From Pelomyxa schiedti (lineage: Eukaryota; Protista; Evosea): DNA of 52,111 nucleotides. Below are positions 38,600 through 51,459 of this stretch, piece after piece; the first letter of the stretch is position 1; every line of letters starts with the position of its first letter. The notes beneath the pieces are model-generated. The model did no database searches. It had not been told where the DNA came from and saw only the letters and a list, made by a program, of their open reading frames with translations. The stretch is taken from contig JAHLWZ010000294.1 of assembly GCA_020536535.1 (NCBI GenBank), forward strand, positions 1-52,111, read 5' to 3'. The position numbers and the translations under genes were made by a program.

Positions 38600-39844
38600 G
38601 TGTGCGTGCGCTGTCGCCTGGTGGCACCACTCACAACGAGCCAGCCGCCCACTTCCAGGTCCGTGCTGCAGTCACCAGGTTCCACCGACGTGGAAGCTGA
38701 GTGTGACGTCGACGTGGATTTGGCTTGCGCTGTTGTTCACAACCTCGAGGTGACGGGGCTGAGGCAGCAGGGGTTTCAATGTGGCCTCACGGCCCTCGTC
38801 ATGTGCGCCGACTATGCCAGGAATAGCGGATCTTCACTGCGTAGGGTATTAATAGTAATAATAACATACTATCGTCGTCATCGTCCTAATGTGGCCACTT
38901 CCATTGCGTGAAACGCAACTGCACCACAACTCGCAAAATTAAGACCGCCACTGGAAAGAATTACAACTATTCAATGAATTTTAATCGCAACCAATTGTCG
39001 TGAGCAGTGAGTGGTGCTTGCAATGTGTTTTTCTCTTACAGAGTTACTAATTACCGCACTCAATTGACCAGGAACCAACATCATTTGAATCCGAGTCAAA
39101 TGAGCTTGTTCAGCTGGCGATAACCCACGGATTTTCCAAACAAGGGGAGATATTTGACTCATATCACCTGGCACAGCTTGGTTGTGAATATTACGGGTTC
39201 GACTCCTATGTTGTTTCTCCCACTGCGAAGCTGATAATTGACTCTCTTCTGTTGGGAAATCCCGTACTTATCGCGTATGTGGAGGAGAATGTTCTCCTTT
39301 CCTGTTGCTGAAGGGAAACTCCAACCAATTAACTTTAGATACGATGTGGACAAAAACGACTCTCCAACCACTGCGGATATGAGGAAGCACCATTGGGCAC
39401 TTGTCAAAGGATTCATCTCACCTCTAACACTCGACGGAATAGCAAAGGTATTATTTATTTATATTACCTCCAACAACCAATTCCTTGCCCCAACACAACC
39501 AACAAAAGATACAAAGCACTCCACTGGAACACCTGGAGAGGGATAACACACACCCAGGATTTATCTTCACAACAGGCCCCCGAACCAGTGTCCTCGACCC
39601 AGGATTGCACTTCAGCACAGACCCGCAGTGTGTTAGTGTGATTGCGTTACAAGGCCGAAGCAACCTGGAGCGAGTGTGGTCACTGAGTGCATTGCTTCAG
39701 TCCAACTCTGGGATACTTCTTCCACACGAAGAAAGGAGGAAGACTGGCCAGTGGGTCATTCCAGAGTTCTTGCACAATCTCAAGGAAAAAGCAGTCATTG
39801 TAGATATATCATCCCCTCCCTCACAGTCACACCACTCCCCTTGA
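38600..39844 (+). CDS. ACTMAP: ACTMAP/C19orf54-like actin maturation cysteine protease (multi-exon, start codon unresolved)
   Basis: LRQQGFQCGLTALVM (cf. QEGPQCGLVAL), HGFSKQGEIFD, GNPVLIA|YDVDKNDSP...HHWALVKG, LQGRS..VWSLSALLQSN. All motifs are in order and in frame after three GT-AG introns. Confidence 0.8.
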
Positions 39845-40424
39845 ACACAACAATAATAGACATGGTCTCACACTTTTCATCATCACCTTCATCAATCCAA
39901 ATGTCTTGAAATTAGAGCCTTATATCATCATTCACTTGTAAACCAAATCTTCTTTGCTTCCAAAATTGTCATTTCACCATATCTCTAGTCCTGCGTGATC
40001 AGCGTCACCCAGTCGAAGCACCGCGTACCTACCCGCGGTTTCTCCTGCGTGGCGGGCTGGCAGCCATCAGATACAAGTTCACTCCACATTCAACAATACC
40101 AAGTAGCCCTCAAAATGGCCCGTCAGTGCCGCTCCAATGACAAACTGAAAATGGGGTGACGTTGTTTGTCCAGTTTTTGCTACAGCAAGCCGTAAAGTAA
40201 AGTAAGTTACCACAAACAGAATATTTTATTGACTCATGAAGACAGGGCGAAAAACAGTAACAACTTGGCTGCTACACAGATTTGCTGTGGGCACTTTCTT
40301 TTGCTGTTCTCTTTGGAGCAGCTGCAAGTGCCAACGAGAACTCTCCAGACACGCCTTTGGGATGAGAGCAGTTTGTTGTGATGAAACAGCCAACGGCAGA
40401 TCAGAGTAGTGGGATGGGATCACT

Positions 40425-43400
40425 TCACTCGCCAATCAGATGTGAATGTAGTACAAAGGCTGATACTGCATCTGTGCCGGTTTGTAGGGGAACACTCTCG
40501 TCATGGTAGATATACCTACGGAATGGTTTGATTGTAATGGTTTTGGTGATGGGGCTGGGCTTACGGGAATGAAAGGCAGACAAACGAGTTTGGTGGCAAG
40601 AATATGTTCATCCCTGGATCAAATGCCTTGTAAGGCTGTGTGCGCCGTACATTCGAATTTAATGGGAAGATAACACGCGGGCAAAGAAGTACGAGTTTTG
40701 ATGAATCGGGGGTTACCACAAATAGCCTTTTTAACTGTGGTGGAGTTTAGTTTCACGATGTACTTTGTAGTTATTATACCTGAGCGACTTCGTTTTCGTT
40801 GCATGGACAAGGCAAGAAAACCGGCAGGTCACTCATCAAAATCTGAAGGAAGATTACTTTACTGAAGGAGATCACAGAAGCGACTTGTATCCACCTTGAC
40901 AGAGTCCGGTACACTGGGATCTAAAGGAGGCTTCCTTGCTTTTGATGCCAAGATATCCCAAGTTCCAAAAAATCTGGAAAATGTTGGTACATTCAGAAGA
41001 TAAGGGAAATTAGAACAGTTAAACCTGTGGCCTTGTGGGCATTCATACTCGTGTCCAAAAAATTCCGTGTGCAAAATAAGTTTGCGAGGTTTTGCTTGCA
41101 TGGTGCTACGAATCCTCCAAAGCGTGCTGCCAAGAGCTGAACAAGTTAGCCGCATTTGAAACAATGGTCAGTGGCACCTTCAACTTTGGGAACAGAGAAA
41201 TCATTGGTTGTGATTTCCCATGGAACCAAGAAGTTCTTTCCAGGAAGAAATCCAACCTTTTTTTTCCTTTAGATAAAAGACATCGCATATCATCGAATGT
41301 AATTACTTGTTGCAAACCCTTTTTGTGGTTATAATATTGCCCAGTGCCCACAATGACAAGAGACCAGTCAGGGAATTTCGGGAACTTAGAGGCTAACACA
41401 TTTAGAAATCCACCACTCTGCATGGATAGCAGTACACCGGGGCTTGGATTGAAACAAGGGAGGCTCAGTGCTACAAGAGACTTGCAGCATGTGTGGGAGT
41501 GGGAAAAACTATGGTTGGCTTCCTACTTGTTGGTATTTTTGGCTGTGTATCAACATTGTTTTGGGCTCCCTTACCTCGAGAGTGAAAGGGTCTTCTCGTA
41601 GGCTATGAGAACGCCCACACTGGCAGGCATCAATGGTTCGATAGGAGCTGTTATGTGGTTTGGGTTTCTTCCATTCGGCCATCTCCAGGGTCAATGAGGA
41701 ATCCACTGGAGTACAACAAACTTCGTGTTTCTGGTATATACAATTTCTCCCTGTTAATATCAGCGAGCAGTGACTGGGGTTAAGGAGAGAACTACCAGTA
41801 AGGGAGACAGCGTCACACAGTTGTCGACCAGACAACCAATGGGATGTTACATTGCGTTGGTATTGATCCAGGAAAACGGGAAATGCAGGACCACGACCGT
41901 GTTTACGTAGGATAGCTTCTCCTCGCAGGAGCTATAGGAAGGTGTTTGTTGTAGGCTCTAGGCTATTAGAAAATACCTTACTCTCATGAAGTGCAGAAGT
42001 ATACTTTTGTGGCAATTCCGCATAATACTCATCACGGGCAGCAGGCAAGGCAGTGGAACAGTAGCTGTAAGGAATTAAATATTTTGCCAATTTTAGGAAG
42101 GTACCTTGATGAAAATTTATAGTCCGCATCAATGAAAGTAGAAATTCTCTCATTCAACTCGTGTGCCATTGAAAGTTGTTGTTTAGCTCCTTTGTCAGTG
42201 AGTGCGAAGATCTGTTCATATTATTAGGAAAAAAATTTTTTGATCGTTTCTGTACCTCCATCAGTATTTGTAAAACATTTGTCCATGATGACAGCAACAG
42301 TCCCTGCTGCATATTTAGGTGCAAAACGAACGCCTGTGACACATACCTCAGCAATTTTCAGTGTAAGTGTACTTCGTAAGCTATCCAAGTCATCCACCTC
42401 ACATTGGATGGTGGGATTATCACCGAGGAGTGGAAGGATACCAGAGAGTGGGTTTACACTTGGAGAAATTAGTGCCAAAAAAGGAAGTGGCAAAGGAGAT
42501 TTACATTGATCTCCTGATGACGAAGCAAACTTGTGGTGTATTTAAAGAGAATAGAGGCATGGTAATGTTCGGCTCTGGTGGGCACAGGTGTGCTTTATGC
42601 AGAAGGAGCCTCACTTGTGATTCTAGTGCTTCAGACTTGTTTGGAAAAAGGAAAGCAATCAGATTGTATGTGAGAAGGGAAACAACAGACTTTGGGTAAG
42701 CGAATACGCTTATTTGGTTTGAATGTATGAGTGCTTCCTCCTGACTTGTCTGTGACTAGTGCCGAGGCTGGTGTGAATATGAATAGCAATGTGGGGGAAA
42801 GTGTGAGGTTGGGTTGTTTTATGTTGAGGGAAAGTGTTGATTGCCTCTGCATTAAAACTTGGTGAATGGATGGACCAAGTCCTTGTCTAAGCTGGAGTTT
42901 TGTTTTGGCAAAGCACAAAGAACTGAGAATTGCCACCCTTACTTCCACTTAATAGTAGATTCAAATATTAATGTGGGGTCGGAAAGAATACCCATTGAAG
43001 GTAATGAAAGTTGGATAAATAGGAAATATCAAATGTTGTGCTGTTATGTGTGATCTTACCCAGAAGTCAGTTGTATAAGAGAATTGGATTTTTGTACCAG
43101 AATGAAGTGGCACAAGAAGAAAAGCAAGAAGAAGGCTCGGAAGTAGTCCTTTTCAGTCGAATTAAGCCACAGATTGAACTCCTAGTGGTTGTGAGGACTC
43201 GTTGAGTTGAGGACCACTTTGATCATACATGCGGTGTGTTGTGTGGTGAGATGCAGTTAAGGAAGTAGCACGAGTCATTAACAGTACTGAGGTGGAGAAA
43301 TATGATTCTCTGAGAAGCTGTGCTACACTTGTCCACACGGCACTGCATTATGGCGATTAGAATCGGTTACATTAAGGTCTTGTCAAGTGGAGATGACTCA

Positions 43401-43985
43401 CATCTCCATTCTGTGACGTGAATAGGTTCGAAACCTGCAGTGATAAAGTTAGAACGAGTGAGTCTAATATCGGAACAAACAAGGGCCTAATAGAAGAGAG
43501 CCCGGAAAACAACAACAATAACAACAACAATAACAACAACAACAATAATAACAATAACAACAACAAAAACAACAACAACAAAAAAAAGAAAAAACAAAAA
43601 AAAAAAGCCACCCAACTGCCAATGCAGAAACTGGAACATCAGCCAAACGTGACATGAGTGACTTTGTGAACTGAGATGACGTTGCGCCCACGACTCCAAC
43701 CACAACGCACTTGTCATCGTCCGACGCCGCCGAAGCAGCAGCACCAGAAGCGCACGACGCGGCGCCCGTAGCACCGCCGCGCGATCGAGGCTGCGACGGC
43801 GCAGCAGAAGCCGAAGCAGCGGCGCTGTTGTTCTGTTGGCCAACACGAGTCATCGTAGGTGGCGAAGAAGGCGACGCCGCCGCCGCCGCGACGCCGCCGC
43901 TTACGTTGCTGGTGACGCTGAGTTGAGGAGGAGGAGGAACAATGGCAGTAGCAGCAGCGAGGTCATGGGAGGCGTCGCGAAACAT
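40425..43985 (-). CDS. SMG8: Nonsense-mediated decay factor SMG8 (multi-exon)
   Basis: CVVVGVVG, LRQLCDAVSLTG, DACQCGRSHSLREDPF, WSLVIVGTGQYYNHKKGLQQ, FFGHEYECPQGHRF, LPPNSFVCLSFP. Ends approximate. Confidence 0.85.
43508..43580. repeat. (AAC/AAT)n microsatellite inside the first SMG8 intron
   Basis: Trinucleotide run read directly, lying between a minus-strand GT donor (about 43615) and a downstream acceptor. Confidence 0.85.
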
Positions 43986-44579
43986 GTTGGCCGCCTCGCC
44001 GCCGCAACACCCACCAGCGCCACGTGAGACAGAGATCTATGAGATCCACAATGGCTAAACTACGACTCCCAACCGCCCTAACAACGGGTGCCTCTCCGCC
44101 TTCACTCCACTCTCACCGGCACTACCTACGTCGAGTGGTTGTGATTGGAGGCGAATTTCTTCTTTTTTTGTTTGTTTCCAAGAAAGAGCCTCTCATTTCA
44201 AGCATTCGACGTCGTGGCTTCGAATTTCACGGCACGGCGTTTGGTGTTGGAGGAATCTTGCAATGAGGATGGATAGATAGAATGATATGTTTCCAGTTAT
44301 TTGCAGCCTCGGTTCTTAGACGTAGTATCTGGTGAGATCTTTGTGATGTTTGGTAAGAAGGCAAAATTACTTACCGGAGCATGTTTACCACAGAAGTTGA
44401 ATTGGAGTACAAGATAACATAGGCCAGTCATATTACTCGTTCCTGGCTTACGGGGTCCGAAGAATTCCATTTTCTCAGCCTTTGCAACAGAGGAAGTAGG
44501 AGCGAGAATCCAGGAATCTCAATAGCAGAGCAAACATTCGTGACTGTTTTTGCCAATTCAATAAGCTCTGAATCTGAAA

Positions 44580-44679
44580 NNNNNNNNNNNNNNNNNNNNN
44601 NNNNNNNNNNNNNNNNNNNNNNNNNNNNNNNNNNNNNNNNNNNNNNNNNNNNNNNNNNNNNNNNNNNNNNNNNNNNNNN
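44580..44679. other. Scaffold gap (100 N) with 121-bp duplicated flanks
   Basis: 44459-44579 is repeated at 44680-44800. Confidence 0.95.
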
Positions 44680-45430
44680 GAAGAATTCCATTTTCTCAGC
44701 CTTTGCAACAGAGGAAGTAGGAGCGAGAATCCAGGAATCTCAATAGCAGAGCAAACATTCGTGACTGTTTTTGCCAATTCAATAAGCTCTGAATCTGAAA
44801 ACCAAGTTCTGATATGGTGCCATACAATGTATGTTGTTGTTTCTGTGAGAAACGGGCTCGCCGAACCCTAAGTCATTCCGAAAGCTCGCGAGTGGCTCCA
44901 ACTAGAGATAACGGACACGCTGTAATAGAATGGTGTCTTTGGGTGAGTCCCGTTCGAGAAGACATTGACATTGAATGCTGTAGAAGGGGGAAGCCAGCCA
45001 CAGTGGAATCTATAACATTCAATAGGAGAGCACAAACTACCATTATTCCCACGTGTTCGAAACATTCATAGAACTGACGGGCACCCAGAGACTCACGCAG
45101 ATGAATAAGAAACACGCTGATGAAACGATGAAGTCGTGATACTTAGAGATCCGTCATGGGTATGCCAAACATGCACTGCACATCAAATTTGAGCTTGAGG
45201 AACAATACGTATGCCCAAAGACCTCAGATCTACGAAACCACTCCACATAAACTACTCGGCAGCAGAGACACGCCACACCGTTGCACCATGTTTACACCGT
45301 TTGTTTTTTTTTTCTTTGCCGTCGAGATCCGAAGAAGTCACGTGACGCTTGATCTTTCAAAACGCCAGAAAAAATCAAAACAATAAAGAACAAAAAACGA
45401 AAAGGGAGAGATCACGCAGGCAGGGGAACG

Positions 45431-48400
45431 ATGGATGTGGCAGCCCAGGCAGAGGTTGCTGTTCGTCTCTTTTTGTTTTGTTTGTTGTGTTTTTTTCGTT
45501 TGGCATACACGTCACGGCGAAAGACAAATTAAATAGCTCATGAATGCAACTACAGAGGATGCAGCACTACCGTAATTGTACAAAGGGAATACACAAGTCC
45601 ATGAAGAAGTTTGAAGAATCAATCAAAAGTTCGCTCCCTTTTTACCTACTACTTAATAACCATCACTCTGCTGTATTCACCCCCTTTTGCTTGCTTTTTT
45701 TTAGTGTCAGCCAACGATTTGGCATCTGTGTCAGAAGAGGTCCTCCTTGCAACTTCTCTATCAATTTACATTTTTGTATACCTTTATGTTCACTCAATCA
45801 CAGCTCCGAAAATTGGCCAGTTTGGACACCTCCGAGCACAGAGAATTTGGTAATTCTCTTTCTTCCCGTATCAATTCATTTTAAAATACAAAAATCAGGA
45901 AGGGCTATCACTCAACTCTCGGGAACGCTGAAATCCATCAGTGGAATTCAAATTCAATCAGTTTGTTTTATTTTTTCTCCTTTTGTATGTCTCAAAGAAC
46001 TCAGGCCAATGCAATAGAGAATAAAATTGTGGGGTTGACAACATTCGTTGACTATGACTTTCAGGAGCTAAATGTGGCACTAATAATCTTTTTTTTTCTT
46101 CCTGGCTCAAAGGAAAAATAGGAATCACTGAAAAGAAGAGAGAGGCTCAACTCTGAATATGAGGCACTTATGAACAAAATCCAATCTGGGGTTAAAAATG
46201 TATGTGTTAGAGCCATCCTTCCAGTGTCATAACATCATTCCCCCAAATCAGGTTGGAGACCCAGAATCCCTCAAAATGAAAATTGATTCATGTGTCATGA
46301 TGGTAACGAAGAACTTGGCCATTCTTGAAATTAAAAAAGATACAAGACTGCTTCAAACCCTCATTGACACCACAGATGAATACTTTGTTTTCGAAGAAAA
46401 GGTACCTACGCATTAGAAATTAAAACAACCGAGTGAACTTTTATTACAAAGGTGTTAAAACTATTGGCACATCTTAAGAAACGCACTTGTGAAATTGGAA
46501 AACATCTCGACGAGACATGTAAGTCCAAGCAACCCTTTCCACCAGTAAAGTTCACCTCAAAAACATAGATCAATTTACTCGACCACTTAAAGAAGGCATG
46601 GTTTTGCGACACAGAAAAGGGGAACAGCAGAAAGTATTCCTGGCAATCAGAGAAGGCAAAATTTTCCAGTTTCAGGCTGAGAAGGTTTTATGTTAGTTCC
46701 TGTGCATCAAGAATCTTACTTGAGTATAATTCTCTCAACAGGAGTTCAAACCTGAGAATTCTCTTGATTGCATGACATGCACTGTGCGGCCAGTGATGGA
46801 GGATGTAAAAAAATTCGAAATTCTGGCACCACAGATAAAAAAACCTTGGTCTCTGGAGGTTTTTCGTTCTCAATCATGTACAATAATTCTCATTTACCAA
46901 GGCGGAGAACGAGACTGAGCGCGATGAGTGGATAAAAGCAATTCAAGTTGCAGTTTCTGGAAGACTCAATTCACTCAACATAAACGTGAGTCCTACATCC
47001 TTTTGCATGTTAGTTCTACTCCCTTATTGTTACTTTTCCCAGCAACCAAAGCTGAAGGCTGAAACAGGGGTTGTTGGAAGCAACACGTCATCAACACTTA
47101 CAAGCACTGCCTTGTCCTGGCTGCAAAGAATTGCTGGAAACGGCTTTTGTGTTGACTGCAGTGCTCCTGGTACTTATAGTGATGTACCTTTTTTTATTCA
47201 TGCCGCTTTCAGGGCCTGACTGGGCCTCCATAAACTTTGGTGCTCTTTTTTGTCTTGAGTGCAGTGGTGTTCACCGTGCTATGGGGACGCATGTCTCTAA
47301 AGTAAGATCTCTAACACTGGATAAATGGTCTCCCGAAATGCTCTTGGTACCAGCAAAACACTACTGGGACAATCATTCTCATTGTTACATAGTATATGAG
47401 TTGCTCTGGGAACAAGGTGGTGAATGATATATTTGAAGCCAATTTGCAAACCCAAAAAATTTCACAAAGCACAGAGAGGTATGAGATAGGAAAAGGCACC
47501 TTCTTAGTAAATCATTGGCCCTTAGGTCTGCTCGTGAGCAGTGGATCAAATCGAAATACGAGCAGAAGAAATTTATAAGCCCTAGTCCCTCCCCCCCTGA
47601 AGACACCAGCAAGGTTTCTTTCGTGTGTTGCCGCAACCTGTTTAATTTCATTTTGAGGCACTCTACAAAGAAATTCAGAACTGTGGCACAGATGTTACCG
47701 TACTCTTGAAACTGCTGGCTCAGGGGGCAGATACCAACTGGCCTTGTCCGACGGAGGACAACCGCACAGCATTACATCAAGGTAGTATCTCAGCCAGATA
47801 AGGAGGAAAATTACCCGTTCATTAGCTGCGATTGGAGGAAACATTATAGCAACAGAATTTCTTATTCAAAACGGTGCTAGTGCAGCTGCAACAGGTAAAA
47901 CCTTAAGGAATCCCATGAGTAGTTCTCATTCCTTTAAGATGCGTGGGGGAGCACCCCGCTTCACTATGCTGCATTTCACAATAATCCTCGAACAGTGCTG
48001 AGGCTTCTACAAGCAAACCAGAAGATGGTTAGCTAACCCCTTTTAAGACAGAGTTGTGGGAGTTAAACAATGTTGGGCTCTAGGCACAACAGGGAGACAG
48101 TGATGGCCTTGATGCGCTTAGTGTTGCTGCTCTCAATGATTCATTTGATGCCGTGAATGTTCTGAAGGGTCCCACGGTACGCTTTTGTTTTTGTAATGTC
48201 ATTCATTCTGATTGAGCACAGGATAAATATGATATGTCCTTCGACCTAATTATGAATACACCAGCTGACGACCTCATCAAAAATACGTATTGCATCCCAA
48301 AAAGACTTCACATAGTATGTGGCATGTCCTTTTCATCACTGTTCAGCAGTCCACTTTCGTTACCACCCGCAAGGTTCTTCTATTCCTTTTAGTTTCTCAC

Positions 48401-48940
48401 ACTGACATTGTCCACAGACCGCCGCCACCTTTACCAGCTGTAAAGACGAAGCACGCAGACTCTCAACCACCACCTGTAAATTTCTCTCCTCCACCATCAC
48501 CGCCCTCTCCACCCATTGGTGGTACGCTTCGTCCTCCAAGGCCTCCTCAGAGAGCACCACCATCCCACCCGCAAGCAACAACTACAGCCACAACCACCAC
48601 CACACCTACTAGCAATACACCACAACCACCGTCATCGCCTCAGAACCCCTCACCGGGTACCCCACAGCCACCTTCACACCCACCTCACTGTACAGCCATT
48701 CAGACACACCAGCCGCGTCCACCTAGTGTTAATCCCCCCTCTCAAACATCACTCACTGGTGGAAGGCGGTTGCCTGTTCCCCCCAATGGCACTCCACCTG
48801 CAACACAAACTACCCAACCCACAACCTCCCTCAATGTATCATTAGCTCTCAAGCCCACTACATCAACCAATGATCCTGACAGGTTCATCTACCCACAAAC
48901 CCCTATCCCGGAACTAACATACCCCTATCCAGGATTCTAA
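45431..48940 (+). CDS. ACAP/centaurin-beta-like ArfGAP: BAR, PH, ArfGAP, ankyrin, Pro-rich tail (multi-exon)
   Basis: PH end [15 protein letters not shown], ArfGAP CVDCSAP|[51 protein letters not shown], ankyrin NRTALHQ and GSTPLHYAA. Confidence 0.88.
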
Positions 48941-49147
48941 TTGGGGGGACAAGGACCGGCTCCCTATGAATATTATCCACTTCCAAAGTGTAACACCGCA
49001 ACATCATCATTTGGGCTCGAATTCCATCCATACACCCAGAATTCCCAAGGCACAATTGGTGATGGTGTCTAAAGAAATAAAATAACTTAAAATTCTCAAG
49101 TTTTTCTTGTTGTTTCGTTTTCATGAGGTAAATAACAAAATTTTGTT

Positions 49148-51459
49148 TCACAGGGTATTTATGGAACTTGTGTTGATGGCTGTAGCTCGTGGGAGTGGTG
49201 GGCTGGCCACGATTTCCCACTCTTTTCTCCTCTTGTACCTGGTGAAGAAAAACATGGATACAGAGGTGATGAATGATAGCACCACAATGACCAGTGATGT
49301 TACGAGTTGTATTACGTCGGCCACAAGCAAGCAGATGACGGAGATACAGACCACAGGGAATACCATGAGGCATATCAATGGGAACGGAAGAGGAACCCGG
49401 AATGTTACTTGGTCAACAGCGGGGTTCTTCCCGATTATGTGTCTCCATCTCCACCGCAGAGAAACGTAGCTGATGACAATTAAAAATACACTGAAAGTAT
49501 ACAACCAACTCTGCATTTCTACTGCCTGCGCAAATGGGATAAATACAGCCAGCACGGATATGATTAGACCTTGTCCGATAACAGCAACGAAGGGTACACC
49601 GTTCCTATTAACTGTTAGCAATGAATATTTTGGTTTATGGTAAACCTTCTTCGCCGATTTACGATTTTGGGTAGCATGCCTAGCTCAGAGCAATGTGCTT
49701 GTGCTTCGCTCGATGCTGCCATGTAGACGAAACCTATGCCTGTGACACCAATCACTGCATCGATCGAGAGAATCATTCCGAGCGGTTTCCATAATGCCTC
49801 AGCCGTATTAACAAAGAGATTAGGGCCATATTCAGCTGGAGTGAAAACAGCAGTTACAGCCAACAACGGCAGGCTGTAGGTGGCAAGTATCATAATGAGA
49901 CAGCCCATCAAACCAAGAGGTAGATCACGAGAAGGCTTTTTTACTTGTGAGGCAAGGTTACCAAGATCGTCCCACCTGGTTCATTGAGTAAGCACTGCTT
50001 AAATAAGTTGTTTATATATCTCCATAAGAATAGAGAAGGTAATGAACAGACTCACCCAATGAGATTGAATACAAGCGTAGATAATAAGAGCGTTATTGCT
50101 TTGAAGTGAGATTCCACCTCGCTACTTTCAGAAGGAGTGTAAACTGAGAAATCCACAAGTGATCCCCAGTTAATGTCAGGAAATGCGAATCCAATCATAA
50201 CCACAATAGGGGATAGAACAATAATAGTGAAAATAACGCTGCCAACACCTGCTATTTTGACTCCAAGCATGTTACCACAAATAATTAGAGCTAATGTGGT
50301 TGAGTCGATAACTTAGTAATTACTCAAACAAACCCGAGTATGGAACTACACCAGCAAGCCTCCATGGGAGTAGTTGACCGTAGCTTCTGCCACCTTTGTC
50401 ATCTCCCAAGATTAATGGTAGAAGGTAATCAAGATATAAACTGCAATATCTTCGAAAAGAGTAAGGAGAGGAATCCTTAATATCGTCGTTCTCACGTCAA
50501 ATTTGTGGTAATGTTACAGACTGCTCGAGCCCATGCATGTCCCAAGCCAATTATTTGACCTAGACCTCGTATTACCCAGTCGTTATAACTTGAGTGAGAA
50601 ATTAGTGCCATGAAGGTACTTTGCCCACCCAGAAAGCACACACCCCAATTCATAGATGCTACTCAGTTCACCAATGAGTAAAGCTTGAGGTAGAGCCCAC
50701 AAAAGGCCAGCGAGCATAAGAGACCAAAAGCTAATTGCAGGGCTACGAGTTGCTTCCAGGCTTTGCTCAAACCCGAAAGGCCTTTTGGGAGTCACAACTT
50801 AAATTGCATAATATGAGATGCCAACATACCCTCCTCCAACACAAAAGTAGGCAAGTCCCGCCACGTGCCAAGCAAATAACACACGCTGAAGCCTAACAGA
50901 AGAAAACTTTCTTTCATAGACAGGTTCCAGAGTGGTAAAATCCTCCATTTCTCCACTAGGCAGATGCATCCACGATGTTTCCACCGAATCTGGCGTTTTT
51001 GTGGTAGGTNNNNNNNNNNNNNNNNNNNNNNNNNNNNNNNNNNNNNNNNNNNNNNNNNNNNNNNNNNNNNNNNNNNNNNNNNNNNNNNNNNNNNNNNNNN
51101 NNNNNNNNNAAGCCTAACAGAAGAAAACTTTCTTTCATAGACAGGTTCCAGAGTGGTAAAATCCTCCATTTCTCCACTAGGCAGATGCATCCACGATGTT
51201 TCCACCGAATCTGGCGTTTTTGTGGTAGGTTTTCCAATCAGTATTTTCTACTTCACACAGGGGAATACGAAAAAGAAACGAAGAAGAAATACGAACGAGT
51301 CTTCTCAGCACTCGGTTGCTCTCCATTCCTCGAATTTTGAAGTTCCATTACGCGAGGAGCATTGGCGTCAGCGGGGCACATTGTAACAGGTGCCGCGTAT
51401 TCATCGGAAAGCAAGGGAGTGTTCTCCCCGCTGGGTTTTTCGTAATCATCCCCCGACAT
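49148..51459 (-). CDS. APC-superfamily amino acid/polyamine permease (multi-exon, spans gap)
   Basis: AYFCVGGG|PFGFE, LLWALPQALLIGELSS, WDDLGNLASQVKKPSRDLP, ELGMLPK, NRNGVPFVAV. About 12 TMs. N-terminal ENTPLL dileucine motif. Confidence 0.88.
51010..51109. other. Scaffold gap (100 N) with 121-bp duplicated flanks
   Basis: 50889-51009 is repeated at 51110-51230. Confidence 0.95.

Noticed and set aside
43418-43657. Poly-Asn / poly-Leu ORFs
   Set aside because: Translations of an intronic microsatellite in SMG8.
44459-44800. Direct repeats flanking N-runs (also 50889-51230)
   Set aside because: Both are exactly 121 bp around 100-N gaps, which indicates unmerged contig overlaps rather than LTRs or target duplications.
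44270-45290. Possible small spliced gene on the minus strand
   Set aside because: Interrupted by a gap and no family recognised. The model could not be supported.
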